From: Candidatus Undinarchaeota archaeon | GTDB taxonomy: Archaea > SpSt-1190 > JASMDC01 | DNA: 64,000 bases | Assembly: GCA_964519305.1 (NCBI GenBank) | Contig: CAZFHY010000006.1 | Coordinates: 89,835 to 153,834, forward strand | Direction: 5' to 3' | Part shown: in pieces, positions 1 to 9,045 of the stretch | Numbering within the stretch: the stretch's first letter is position 1 | Layout of the letters: the number at the start of each line of letters is the position of its first letter | Notes under the pieces: model-generated | What the model was told of the DNA's origin: nothing | Databases searched by the model: none | The model's input: the letters and a program-made list of their open reading frames with translations, nothing else | Program-made: the position numbers and the translations under genes

Positions 1-34
1 TGTTATTAAGCGTTTCGGACGGTCGGCGGTTCAA

Positions 35-1057
35 TCACCGCTCATAGCTCACTGCACCGAGAGTGATGAGCTTGTTGAGCACCATGTCCACGGCAGCGTT
101 CCCAAGCTGTTCGCGAACTGCCGCTTCGACCTCTACCATGTCACGAGTGCCGTCGCACAATTCCACGACGGTCAGTCTCTCCTCGTCCTCTGTGATCTCT
201 GTACCAAGGGGGAACCGAGCTTTGGGAAGTGCCCAGGCCTTCCGCGCCACATCGACCTTCATAGCCGGACCTTTGCTTGGATTTCCCTCGACAGTGATCA
301 GGGTGCCCCGGTTCATCCCGTGGCGTTCGTCCTGTACGGCGATGACACCGCATGCGAGCGTGTAGGCAGTGGTCCCTCTCGGAGGGTCCACCTTGGCGTC
401 CCGCTTCAGATGGTCGGTGATCCTGAACCGTGCGTCACGGTCTAGGACCACGCGGCCGCCCTCTACCTTGGCGGTGAGGGTGGCGATGGGTGCTCGGGCG
501 CAGGCCTTGACGAGACTGGGCCAGCCCTTGGAGTCCAGTGGGAGCACACCCTTTCCGGTATCAAGGAAAGCACCGTCCCTGCCCTTTATCTGGCCGGATA
601 CCGTACCATCGGGCGCAGGAGTGCATGCGGCCGCGAGCTCCAGCAGGCGCCGACCACCGCCCTTGGCGCGCTTCCATACACCTTCGAAGAACCGTGATGC
701 AATCCGTCCCTTACCCGAGACCACGGCTCCCGCACCGTTCAGTCCCGCAAAAGGATTGGCACCGACGTAGGCCCGCTCACCGTCCGCGATCACCAGGCAT
801 CCGTCAAGCCCTTCAGCGAACCGGCTGCGGGCTCCGAGGAACCGTCCCTTGAACCGTCGGAGGGCCAGTGGGTCCAGTTGTCCTTCGGCCAGGTTGGCCA
901 CAACCCGGAGGCGTACCGCCGATCGCTCGAACCTCACTCGCGGCTCTTCAAGGAAGATCGGAGCGATGATATCCAAGGAGCGTCGGGCACCGGCCATGAG
1001 CCGGACCACCTCGCGCGGGAGGGTGTGACGTCCGTCCTCGAGCACCAGGTGGACCAT
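35..1057 (-). CDS. Hypothetical protein: degenerate PLD-fold N-terminus, PqqD/wHTH-like C-terminus
   Basis: ARRSLDIIAPI...LDGCLVIADGERAYVG resembles a PLD domain with HxK lost; C-terminal VVELCDGTRD...LNKLITLGAV; start taken at MVHLVLED. Confidence 0.55.
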   Translation of the reverse strand: MVHLVLEDGRHTLPREVVRLMAGARRSLDIIAPIFLEEPRVRFERSAVRLRVVANLAEGQLDPLALRRFKGRFLGARSRFAEGLDGCLVIADGERAYVGANPFAGLNGAGAVVSGKGRIASRFFEGVWKRAKGGGRRLLELAAACTPAPDGTVSGQIKGRDGAFLDTGKGVLPLDSKGWPSLVKACARAPIATLTAKVEGGRVVLDRDARFRITDHLKRDAKVDPPRGTTAYTLACGVIAVQDERHGMNRGTLITVEGNPSKGPAMKVDVARKAWALPKARFPLGTEITEDEERLTVVELCDGTRDMVEVEAAVREQLGNAAVDMVLNKLITLGAVSYER

Positions 1058-1100
1058 GGCGTGGTGAGGGAGCCCAAGACATATAGGTATGACGGTGGCG

Positions 1101-2798
1101 TCAGGCCTGCTCGACGAGCACATCGCCCAGGGCCATGAGGGGGACGCCCGTCTCCACGAACGTCTTCAGCGCGTCCTCGGGAGTGCACACAATGGGCTGG
1201 CCATGGACGTTGAAGGAAGTGTTGAGCACGATGCCGTCACCGGTCTCTTTCCGCACGCCCTCGATGACACGTCGATAGGCAGGGTTCTCCTCGCCAAGGA
1301 TCTGGGGGCGGGAGGAGCCGTCCACGTTGATGACGGCACGGAGCTGGTCTCTTAGACCGTCCTGGATCAGATATCCCATGGTCATGAACCTGTCCGGTGC
1401 GTCCACGTCCTTGAAGAACCGCTTGCTGTCCTCTTCAAGTACCGAGGGGCAGAAGGGCTGGAACCACACCCGCTTCTTCACCTTCATGTTCAGGTCGTGC
1501 TTGGCCGTGGGCGAGTCTGCACGGGCCAGGATGCTGCGGTTCCCCAGCGCCCGCGGACCCAGTTCCATCCGGCCGTTGTACCAGAACACGATGTCGTTGG
1601 CGGCGATGCGCTCTGCGGCTGTGCCGGCAGCATCTTCGGACCGCTCCCACCTTACCTTCCCCTTGAACGCCTTGAGAGCAGTGAGCACCTCGTCCTCGCC
1701 GTACTCAGGGCCGAGGAATATATGGGGGATGCGCTCCGGGTGGACCACGTCCACCTCCTTGGCCACTTTGAGGGCGGCTCCGATGGCCAGGCCCCCGTCT
1801 CCCATGTGCGGGAACACGAACCATTCCTTGACATCAGGGAGCAGGCGGATGTGCATGTTCATCTTGATGTTGGAAGCGATGCCTCCGTTCCATGCCACCG
1901 AGGACATCCCTGTCTCCTTCACGGCGTTGGCGAACAGCTGGCTCGTGAAGTGCTCGAACGCCCGCTGGGCCATGTGAGCGAACTGTTCGCGGGGATTGCG
2001 CCATAGCGTCCGCTGGAGCAGCTTGTATCGAGCGCCGGGGGAGAGCCGTGCCCGGACCCGCATACCGTCCACCTCGTAGAGGTCGAAGAAGGGGTTCTTC
2101 TCATCGGGCACCTCGTAGGAGAAGTCCGCGAGCGACATGACCTTCCCCTCGTCCTCGAGGACGCGCATACCGATTAGGTGGGTGACCTCCTGGTAGAACA
2201 GACCCAGTGAGTCGCGGGTAGCCATGGTCTCCAGGTTCCTGACATCGCCGTCCTCAGCGATCCCCACGGTCGTGGACACACCATCGCCCAGGGCGTCCAT
2301 TGTGACCACCAGGCTCTTGCGGAATCCCGAACAGAGGGCCGCAGCGGCAGCATGGGCCTCGTGATGGTCGACGATGTGGAGGATGTAATCATGGTCGAAC
2401 CCTGCCCGCGCCAATTGCGTGTGCAGAGCGCGTTTCGACAGAGCATGGAACAACCTGTTCGACCGGAGCTTTCCGGTAGAGTTCTGGATGAGCCGGTTGA
2501 TCTCGACGTTCCATGGCGGGTCCACCTTGTGGCGACGGACCGGATAGTAGTCCTCCTTCACCTTGGGCCACACGCGGCCCAGGGTGACCGAGAAGTCGGA
2601 TGTGCACCCTGCCACGACCTCGATGTCCGCCGGTTTGAGGTCGGCGGCCCCGAGACACCAGGACAGGGCCTTGTGGGGGAAGTGGACCTCGAGCTTACGA
2701 CGTGTGAACCGCTCCTCGTTCGCAGCGGTGATCACTCGTCCGTCGCGGACCACGCAGGCGCCGGCGTCATGGCCGTCCCACACGCCCAGTATGTCCAT
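1101..2798 (-). CDS. Carbamoyltransferase, NodU/CmcH family
   Basis: GHDAGA, EERFTRRK, HHEAHAA, ELGPRALGNRSILA, LNTSFNVHGQPIV motifs. Confidence 0.95.
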   Translation of the reverse strand: MDILGVWDGHDAGACVVRDGRVITAANEERFTRRKLEVHFPHKALSWCLGAADLKPADIEVVAGCTSDFSVTLGRVWPKVKEDYYPVRRHKVDPPWNVEINRLIQNSTGKLRSNRLFHALSKRALHTQLARAGFDHDYILHIVDHHEAHAAAAALCSGFRKSLVVTMDALGDGVSTTVGIAEDGDVRNLETMATRDSLGLFYQEVTHLIGMRVLEDEGKVMSLADFSYEVPDEKNPFFDLYEVDGMRVRARLSPGARYKLLQRTLWRNPREQFAHMAQRAFEHFTSQLFANAVKETGMSSVAWNGGIASNIKMNMHIRLLPDVKEWFVFPHMGDGGLAIGAALKVAKEVDVVHPERIPHIFLGPEYGEDEVLTALKAFKGKVRWERSEDAAGTAAERIAANDIVFWYNGRMELGPRALGNRSILARADSPTAKHDLNMKVKKRVWFQPFCPSVLEEDSKRFFKDVDAPDRFMTMGYLIQDGLRDQLRAVINVDGSSRPQILGEENPAYRRVIEGVRKETGDGIVLNTSFNVHGQPIVCTPEDALKTFVETGVPLMALGDVLVEQA

Positions 2799-2819
2799 GG
2801 CGCGAGTGTTCAGGGCAAG

Positions 2820-2828
2820 TTTATATAA
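2820..2828. promoter_or_regulatory. TATA box shared by divergent genes (probable)
   Basis: TTTATATAA in the 78-bp gap between the carbamoyltransferase and flippase genes. Confidence 0.55.
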
Positions 2829-2876
2829 CCATTATCGTGGGAGCCTCTTCAGGTGTGATGACTGAACAGAAAGCTC

Positions 2877-3911
2877 GTGTTCACTGTCGTACTGGGACTG
2901 GCCGTTGCCATAGCCATGTTCTGGACTGAGGACCCGACGGAACTGTCGCGTGTGTGGTCGACGGCCCGTAACGACTACCTGCTGGCCGGCGTGCTCCTCG
3001 TCATCATCACCCTCTTCATCAACACGGTCCGCTGGTATACGCTACTCCATCAGCTCGGCTATGATGCAGGGTTCATCGACGTGTTCTGTCAAGTGAGCGG
3101 CCCCTTCGTGGTCTCCTCCCTCACTCCCGGCCGTGCCGGCGAGGTGTTCAAGCTCTATGCCGCAAAGCGCATCAGCTGCATCGATGTATCCCACTCCAGT
3201 GCTGCGCTCCTTATCGAGCGCGCGTGCGATCTGTCCGTGATGACCTCCTTCATCCTCTTGGGGCTTGTGACCGGCCTCGAACCGCAGTTGGGCGCCTATG
3301 CCTCCGCTGCGTACGCCACAGTGGCGTTCACCATGACGGTCATCGCGGTGATAGTGCTCTCGGTGCGCCACCCGGGCGTGCTGGCGATGGTGGTCCGTGT
3401 GCTCGAACTGGGGGGCCGTGTCGGACTGCCCGGGTGCGGACGTGGCGCCAAGAAGATCGATGAGTGCGCTCCCGCCTTCCACTCGGTCGCAGGACGGATC
3501 AACCTGCCTCTTATACTCGGCATCACGGCGTGCGTGTGGGTGCTCGACGTTGCGCGTATGTGGGTGCTGTTCAAGGCACTGGGCGTCAACGTTCCGCTGG
3601 TGCCCATAGGGTTCGTGTACTGTCTTTCCCTCCTGTTGGGCATAGTGTCCTATGTCCCTGGTGGACTGGGGGTCACCGAGGGTTCAATGGTCGTGCTGTT
3701 CGGGCTGTTCGCCGTACCCGGGACCCAGGCAAAGATCGCCGTTCTCATCGAGAGGGTGTTCTCGTTCTGGCTGGCCCTCTTCATCGGGAGCATGGCCCTC
3801 TCCTACAAGGCCGACGTGCTGCTGTTCGACCTGTCCTCGGGAGATATGCCGGACCTGACCGACGCGGAAGCCGCCACATGCCCCGCGGACGAGGACGATG
3901 AAACTAAGTAA
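2877..3911 (+). CDS. Flippase-like membrane protein (UPF0104/LPG_synthase_TM, AglD2-like), copy 1
   Basis: RW, TPGRAGE, ER.CD and PGGLGVTEG motifs; multiple TM helices. Confidence 0.9.
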   Translation: MFTVVLGLAVAIAMFWTEDPTELSRVWSTARNDYLLAGVLLVIITLFINTVRWYTLLHQLGYDAGFIDVFCQVSGPFVVSSLTPGRAGEVFKLYAAKRISCIDVSHSSAALLIERACDLSVMTSFILLGLVTGLEPQLGAYASAAYATVAFTMTVIAVIVLSVRHPGVLAMVVRVLELGGRVGLPGCGRGAKKIDECAPAFHSVAGRINLPLILGITACVWVLDVARMWVLFKALGVNVPLVPIGFVYCLSLLLGIVSYVPGGLGVTEGSMVVLFGLFAVPGTQAKIAVLIERVFSFWLALFIGSMALSYKADVLLFDLSSGDMPDLTDAEAATCPADEDDETK

Positions 3912-3945
3912 CTTCTTATAGGAGCGTCGTCTGTCATTCGGACAG

Positions 3946-4998
3946 GTGGACCGCCTGAACAAAAAGCTCCTGCTCACCAGTGCCTTGGGCGCCGCCGTCC
4001 TCGCCGTCATGTTATGGTCGGTCGGCCCCGAACGCTTGACGGAGCTCGTGTCCGGGGCGCGACCGGGCTATATAGTCGCCGCAGCGCTCGCTATAGTGGT
4101 CCTCAACGTGATCGCCACGTTCCGCTGGCACCTGCTCATGTCGTCGCTCGGGTACGTGCTGACCCTCTGGGACACGTATTTCCAGATTAGTGGTGCTTTC
4201 CTTCTCTCGACTCTCACCCCGGGCCGTGCCGGCGAAGTGTTCCGGTTATACCTCTCCAAGCGTATCAGCGATATCGACGCCTCCCACTCCGGCGCTGCGC
4301 TCCTCATCGAGCGCGCATGTGACCTTTCGGTGATGGCCGCTCTCATTCTTCTGGGGCTGGTGACCGGTATGGGGGCGCAGTTGGGCGCCTTCGGGGACGC
4401 TGCCCGGGTCACCGTGGGTGTGACCTTCCTAATCGTCGCCATGCTCGTGCTCTCGGTGCGCCACCGGTGGGCGATGGGCCTGGTGGTCCGGATCCTCTCT
4501 TTTGGAGGGCGACGAGGGCTCCCCGGGTGCGCGCGCGGTGCGCAGAAGATCGAGGAGAGCATCCCCGCGTTCCTATCGGTTGCACGTCGGGTGAGCGTGC
4601 CCGCTGTGTTCGGGATGACCTTGCTGATCTGGGCGTCCCAGGTCGCAAGGATGTGGTTCGTATGTGTCGCAGTAGGAGCCGAAGTGTCACCGATGGTCGT
4701 GGGCCTGGCCTACTGTCTCGGTATCCTTCTGGGTGTCGTGTCCTACATTCCTGGTGGGCTCGTGGTCACCGAGGGCACCATGGTCGGACTGCTCGTCGTG
4801 CACGGTGTGCCGACGGACATAGCGACGGTGGCCGTGGTGATCGACCGGCTGTTCGCCTACTGGGCCGCAGTAGTGGTCGGTGTGATGTCCCTTTCCTACA
4901 AGGCGGACGTGCTGTTGTTCGACTTCTCATCCGGCGAGATGCCGGACATGGTCGACGAGGAGACGGCGACCTGTCCCCCGGACGATGATGAAGAGTAG
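3946..4998 (+). CDS. Flippase-like membrane protein (UPF0104), copy 2
   Basis: Same motifs; tandem paralog of 2877..3911. Confidence 0.9.
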   Translation: MDRLNKKLLLTSALGAAVLAVMLWSVGPERLTELVSGARPGYIVAAALAIVVLNVIATFRWHLLMSSLGYVLTLWDTYFQISGAFLLSTLTPGRAGEVFRLYLSKRISDIDASHSGAALLIERACDLSVMAALILLGLVTGMGAQLGAFGDAARVTVGVTFLIVAMLVLSVRHRWAMGLVVRILSFGGRRGLPGCARGAQKIEESIPAFLSVARRVSVPAVFGMTLLIWASQVARMWFVCVAVGAEVSPMVVGLAYCLGILLGVVSYIPGGLVVTEGTMVGLLVVHGVPTDIATVAVVIDRLFAYWAAVVVGVMSLSYKADVLLFDFSSGEMPDMVDEETATCPPDDDEE

Positions 4999-5040
4999 TG
5001 GGACGTGTTCTGACACGTGATAAGTACTGTATAGTTATGA

Positions 5041-5121
5041 TGCAGTGTCAACTTCAGTCATAGTCCACTACATCTCTCAGTGATGGTTGGACGCTCCCGG
5101 TTTAGAATACTTGCGCGTAAC
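5041..5121 (+). repeat. Left copy of an imperfect ~80-bp inverted repeat
   Basis: Aligns with the reverse complement of 7650-7729 at about 61/81 positions by hand count; first 16 nt TGCAGTGTCAACTTCA identical. Confidence 0.85.
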
Positions 5122-5151
5122 TGTTTCGCAAAGGTACCGGGACACAGAGAA

Positions 5152-5173
5152 TTACTGAATTTTTGTTCAGTAA
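5152..5173. promoter_or_regulatory. Palindromic site (operator or recombinase-site candidate)
   Basis: TTACTGAA-N6-TTCAGTAA, perfect 8-bp arms. Confidence 0.4.
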
Positions 5174-5457
5174 CATGTGGATACCCTCTGTCGCCCTCAT
5201 GGAAGCGAAAGGGCACAAGCTTCCCTTCAACAGTCAGCTAGCCAGAAGTCACCACATAGTACGACCGTTCCAAAAAAGTACAGTAGACGCTGTATCTTCC
5301 TGCCATCACGCGAACATTGCGCGGACGTATCCCTGCCCAATCCTCCCACCTCGATATTGTAGGTGACGTGCCAGCAATGTCGCGTCTTGGGGGGCCCGGC
5401 CCGGTATCGAAAAGAATATATTATATTCACCCGTTAAGTCCCATGGAAGGTGATCCG

Positions 5458-7197
5458 GTGGCAAGTAGAATCCTAACACTTTCATCTAGGAGTAACTCCG
5501 CTGGCCAGGCGGCCATGGAGTTCCTGATGAGCTACGGCTGGATGCTGGTGATCATCGTCATCGGCGGTGCCGCGATGTACTCCATGGGCATCCTCAACCC
5601 GGGCACCTACCAGAAGAAGGGCTGCGTCGGGTTCGAGAAGATCCATTACCGCGACCACCTGTTCCGCGGTACGGGCGAGGTCGGGCTGTGGACGGTGTGG
5701 TCGTCAGAGACCGAGCGCGAAAGCCAGTTCCAACTGCGTATGCAGAACGGGGCCGGGATCACCCTCCGCATCCGGGGCATCGACGTGGAGTATCCCGAGG
5801 GCGTGCACGTGACGTGGTCCGAGCGCGGCTACGACTGCGACTACTACAACACCGCTGACGACACCGACTCGGGCTGCCAGGAGCAGAACGTGTCCGAGGG
5901 GGATCTCGCCACCCTCTCCATCGAGGACGTGGGGCGGGGGACTCTGGACCTGCGACACGGCGCCGTGTACCGCAGCAAGGTCAAGGTGACGTTCGACGCG
6001 TTCAACGCGCTGGAAGATCACTCTGAGGTGGCCATCTGCTGTGGCAAGATCGAGGGCGGCTCGACCGCGTCCACATCGGGCGGCGGGAGCGGTTCGGGGT
6101 CCGGAACCGGTAGCGGTACGGGCTCCGGTACAGGTACTGGCAGCGGTACGGGATCCGGGACCGGGAGCGGCACCGGGGCGTCCTGGGGCCCCTGCATGGC
6201 CACGTGGGAGAAGGACGACGGATCGGACTACGAGATCATGTATGCCTCGTGGAACGGCGCGTGGAGCACCGCCGCCAAGGTGACCGACAACGCAATCTAT
6301 GATAGCGCTCCTTCAATATCCTGCACCTCGTCGTCGTACTGCATGGCCGTCTGGTTCGCGTACGACGGATCGGACTACGAAATCATGTACGCTACGTGGA
6401 ACGGCGCCGCGTGGAGCGCCGCCGCCGCGGTGACCGACAACGCGGTCTCCGATACCAATCCCATCGTGTCATGCCCGACCACGTCCTTCTGCATGGCCAC
6501 GTGGAACGGGCATGACGGGGACAGCGAGATCATGTACGCTACGTGGAACGGCGCCGCGTGGAGCGCCGCTGCCAAGGTGACCGACAACGCACTCTCCGAG
6601 TCCATGTCCTCCGTGTCCTGCGCCACATCGTCGTCCTGTATGACCGCGTGGCGCGTCCTAGATGGGAATTACGAGATCAGGTCCGCCGCATGGAACGGTG
6701 CTTCTTTGAGCGATGCCGAGGTGACCGACTTCGCGTACAACGACATCCAGCCCTCCGTCTCCTGCCCCTCGGCGAGCTCCTGCATGGTCACGTGGAGCAG
6801 GCACCAGGGGTCCAGCGGCGGGGACTACGAGATCATGTCCGCTACGTGGAACGGCGCCGTATGGAGCGCTGCCGCCCTGGTGTGCGACAACTCGGACCAA
6901 GACTACGAGCCCACCGTGTCCTGCCCGACCACGTCCTTCTGCATGGCCACTTGGCACGCGTCCGGCGTCGGGATCAAGTACGCCTCTTGGAACGGCGCCT
7001 CGTGGGGCGCGGAGGCGACGGTTGTCGGATCGGGGATCAATCCCCAGGTATCATGCACGACATCGAGCTCGTGCATGGTGGTGTACTCCGTGAACGATAT
7101 CAAGAGCGCTACATGGAACGGGAGCTCATGGAGCGACGCGGGGACGGTGGACACCGCCGCAGGCACGAACTATCCGTACGTCTCGTGCGTGGGGTGA
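5458..7197 (+). CDS. Type IV pilin-like (class III signal peptide) surface protein with Gly/Ser/Thr linker and 7-repeat beta-propeller-like domain
   Basis: GQAAMEFLMSYGW...GILNP N-terminus; (GSGT)n linker; seven ~49-aa CMxxW..WNGxxW..VSC repeats; GGTGA RBS before GTG 5458 (ATG 5443 is an alternative start). Confidence 0.85.
   Translation: MASRILTLSSRSNSAGQAAMEFLMSYGWMLVIIVIGGAAMYSMGILNPGTYQKKGCVGFEKIHYRDHLFRGTGEVGLWTVWSSETERESQFQLRMQNGAGITLRIRGIDVEYPEGVHVTWSERGYDCDYYNTADDTDSGCQEQNVSEGDLATLSIEDVGRGTLDLRHGAVYRSKVKVTFDAFNALEDHSEVAICCGKIEGGSTASTSGGGSGSGSGTGSGTGSGTGTGSGTGSGTGSGTGASWGPCMATWEKDDGSDYEIMYASWNGAWSTAAKVTDNAIYDSAPSISCTSSSYCMAVWFAYDGSDYEIMYATWNGAAWSAAAAVTDNAVSDTNPIVSCPTTSFCMATWNGHDGDSEIMYATWNGAAWSAAAKVTDNALSESMSSVSCATSSSCMTAWRVLDGNYEIRSAAWNGASLSDAEVTDFAYNDIQPSVSCPSASSCMVTWSRHQGSSGGDYEIMSATWNGAVWSAAALVCDNSDQDYEPTVSCPTTSFCMATWHASGVGIKYASWNGASWGAEATVVGSGINPQVSCTTSSSCMVVYSVNDIKSATWNGSSWSDAGTVDTAAGTNYPYVSCVG
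6079..6177 (+). repeat. Degenerate tandem repeat encoding the GSGT linker
   Basis: Translates as GGGSGSGSGTGSGTGSGTGTGSGTGSGTGSGTG. Confidence 0.8.
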
Positions 7198-7214
7198 GCC
7201 GCGGCGGGGGCACC

Positions 7215-7568
7215 GTGGACGGGAGCGGGAACGTGTACTTGGTGGATACCGAGAACCACCGCATCCAGAAGTTTACCTCGACAGGGACCTTCATCACAGA
7301 GTGGGGAGGCGGGGGCACGGGCGACGGGCAGTTCTCCACCCCACAGGGAATTGATATCGACACCTCCGGAAGGGTGTATGTCGCCGACGCGGGCAACAAC
7401 CGCATTCAGGTGTTCGACACGGACGGAACCTTCATCACGAAGTGGGGGAGTTGGGGTACGGGCGACGGGGAGTTAATCACCCCGAGCAATATGATCACGG
7501 TCGGGAGCGATACCATCTACGTCGTGGAATCGGGGAACAACCGGGTGCAGAAGTTCACCATATCGTAG
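7215..7568 (+). pseudogene. Orphan NHL-repeat fragment (about 2.5 repeats)
   Basis: VDGSGNVYLVDTENHRIQKF, GDGQFSTPQGIDID..GRVYVAD.GNNRIQVF; begins mid-repeat, no signal peptide. Confidence 0.75.
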
Positions 7569-7649
7569 CGGACCGTTGTAAGTGGTGCCCCTGTCGCGTC
7601 CAGGGGGGCGGACCTACCTGACCGCTGGACGTGAGGTCATCCCGCGACC

Positions 7650-7729
7650 GTTACACGCAAGTGTTTTAATCTGGAGTACCTAACCATCACTGTGAGGATG
7701 GGTGGACTCTTGTTGAAGTTGACACTGCA
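7650..7729 (-). repeat. Right copy of the imperfect ~80-bp inverted repeat
   Basis: Reverse complement matches 5041-5121. Confidence 0.85.
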
Positions 7730-7771
7730 CAAAAGTTTCTGAGTACCCTTGCATCACTTCCTACCAGAGTC

Positions 7772-8533
7772 CTAGAACTCAACCCTTTCTCCCGGTCGCA
7801 GGGTACGCACCTTGATGCCTGGCTCCCGTTCACGCGCCAACCTCTCCAGCTCCTCGGGGCGTCCCGAATGGAAGGATAAGGGCGGTAGGCTCATCCAGGC
7901 ACCACCCTCGTGGATGGGGATGACTTTGCTAGCGCCAAGTTCCACTGCGGCCTGGAGGGCCTGGGCAGGGGTCATGACGATGCGGCGGCCAAGCACCCGG
8001 GAGCCGCCTATAGGGAGCATGGCCACGTCGATGGTGAAGCGCCGGCCAATATCGGTGAACCCGTGATGGTACTTCGTATCGCCGCCGAAGAACAGGCTCG
8101 TGGACCCGTCCTGGAGGACGAAGTTGATCTCGCCGTCCGGATGGTCCGCCTCGGTAGCGGTGATGGTGACCCCTCCCTGCTCCTGGACGTCGCCCGGGAC
8201 CATGTCCACGACCTCCTTCGCTCCCAGGTCGCGAGCGAAACGCGCCGTCCCCTCAGGCCCGAGGATGGTTGTCTTGGCCAGGTCCATACGGCTTAAAGAG
8301 CGCCGGTCGAAGTGGTCCGGGTGGAGATGTGAGGCGACAATCAGGTCGATGGGTGGCAGGTCCTTGAGCTCGATACCGGGGCGCTGGTAGCAGGGCAGTC
8401 CCCGTAACTGCATGCAGAACCAGGGGTCGGTGAGGACCGTGAGCCCCTCGAACCGCAGCAGGAGCGTAGAGGTCCGGACGAATGTGACGTCCACCACGCT
8501 CCCGGGATAGGGGGCAAACGTTTTATGTCCCAT
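7772..8533 (-). CDS. MBL-fold metallo-hydrolase (UlaG/RomA-like)
   Basis: TDPW, SHLHPDHFD, GGDT, LPIGG, IPIH motifs. Confidence 0.9.
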   Translation of the reverse strand: MGHKTFAPYPGSVVDVTFVRTSTLLLRFEGLTVLTDPWFCMQLRGLPCYQRPGIELKDLPPIDLIVASHLHPDHFDRRSLSRMDLAKTTILGPEGTARFARDLGAKEVVDMVPGDVQEQGGVTITATEADHPDGEINFVLQDGSTSLFFGGDTKYHHGFTDIGRRFTIDVAMLPIGGSRVLGRRIVMTPAQALQAAVELGASKVIPIHEGGAWMSLPPLSFHSGRPEELERLAREREPGIKVRTLRPGERVEF

Positions 8534-9041
8534 CCTCCGGCGGAGCACGCAGTGCTGCCCAGGGCCTTACGCCTCTTGAGACCATCACTGCGAATCCGCC
8601 CCATCCGACCGCTAGCAGCAGAAGCTGTGCGGCGATGAATACCTCCCGGGGGAACAGCCCCCACGTCGACACCAGACACACGGTCTCGGAGAACGGGCGC
8701 AGGCACCGAGCATTACCTTCCCAGAGGATAGGGAGGCCTATGCCCAGATCGATAGCGGCGTGGAGCAGAACACCAGCTAGGCACACGGGCAGGACACGAC
8801 GGAACCGTTGCGGGTCCCTGGCGAGCATCCACGCGACCACGGCCGCTAGCAATGGCAGAACGATAAGGTTGCCCATCACGGTAGCATGGGTGCGTGCCAG
8901 CACGCTCCACCCGAACACCACCATCACCAGGTCTATGTCCGGTACCACGCTGGCCACGAGGAACGCGCGGGTCCGCTCCCGGTCCAGTCCCTGTCTAGAG
9001 GCGATAAGGAGCGCGAGCATGTAATGTGTGAGCGGGTCCAT
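8523..9041 (-). CDS. Membrane metal-dependent hydrolase (YdjM/YbcI-like)
   Basis: MDPLTH, PDID, LHAAID motifs; TM helices. Confidence 0.8.
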   Translation of the reverse strand: MDPLTHYMLALLIASRQGLDRERTRAFLVASVVPDIDLVMVVFGWSVLARTHATVMGNLIVLPLLAAVVAWMLARDPQRFRRVLPVCLAGVLLHAAIDLGIGLPILWEGNARCLRPFSETVCLVSTWGLFPREVFIAAQLLLLAVGWGGFAVMVSRGVRPWAALRAPPEDGT

Positions 9042-9045
9042 GGGT

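Noticed and set aside
5361-5376. AGGTG(A/G)CGTGCCAG match to 16310-16325
   Set aside because: Short, explainable as RBS-like sequence plus GTG or chance; flanks do not align.
6190-7197. ~147-bp repeats as a CRISPR array or DGR template/variable repeat
   Set aside because: In-frame protein repeats with no unique spacers; no reverse transcriptase or cas gene, and no adenine-specific pattern was apparent.
6543-7214. Arg-rich N-terminal part of the 341-aa ORF 6543..7568
   Set aside because: Alternate-frame shadow of the pilin repeats; only the NHL part from about 7215 looks coding.
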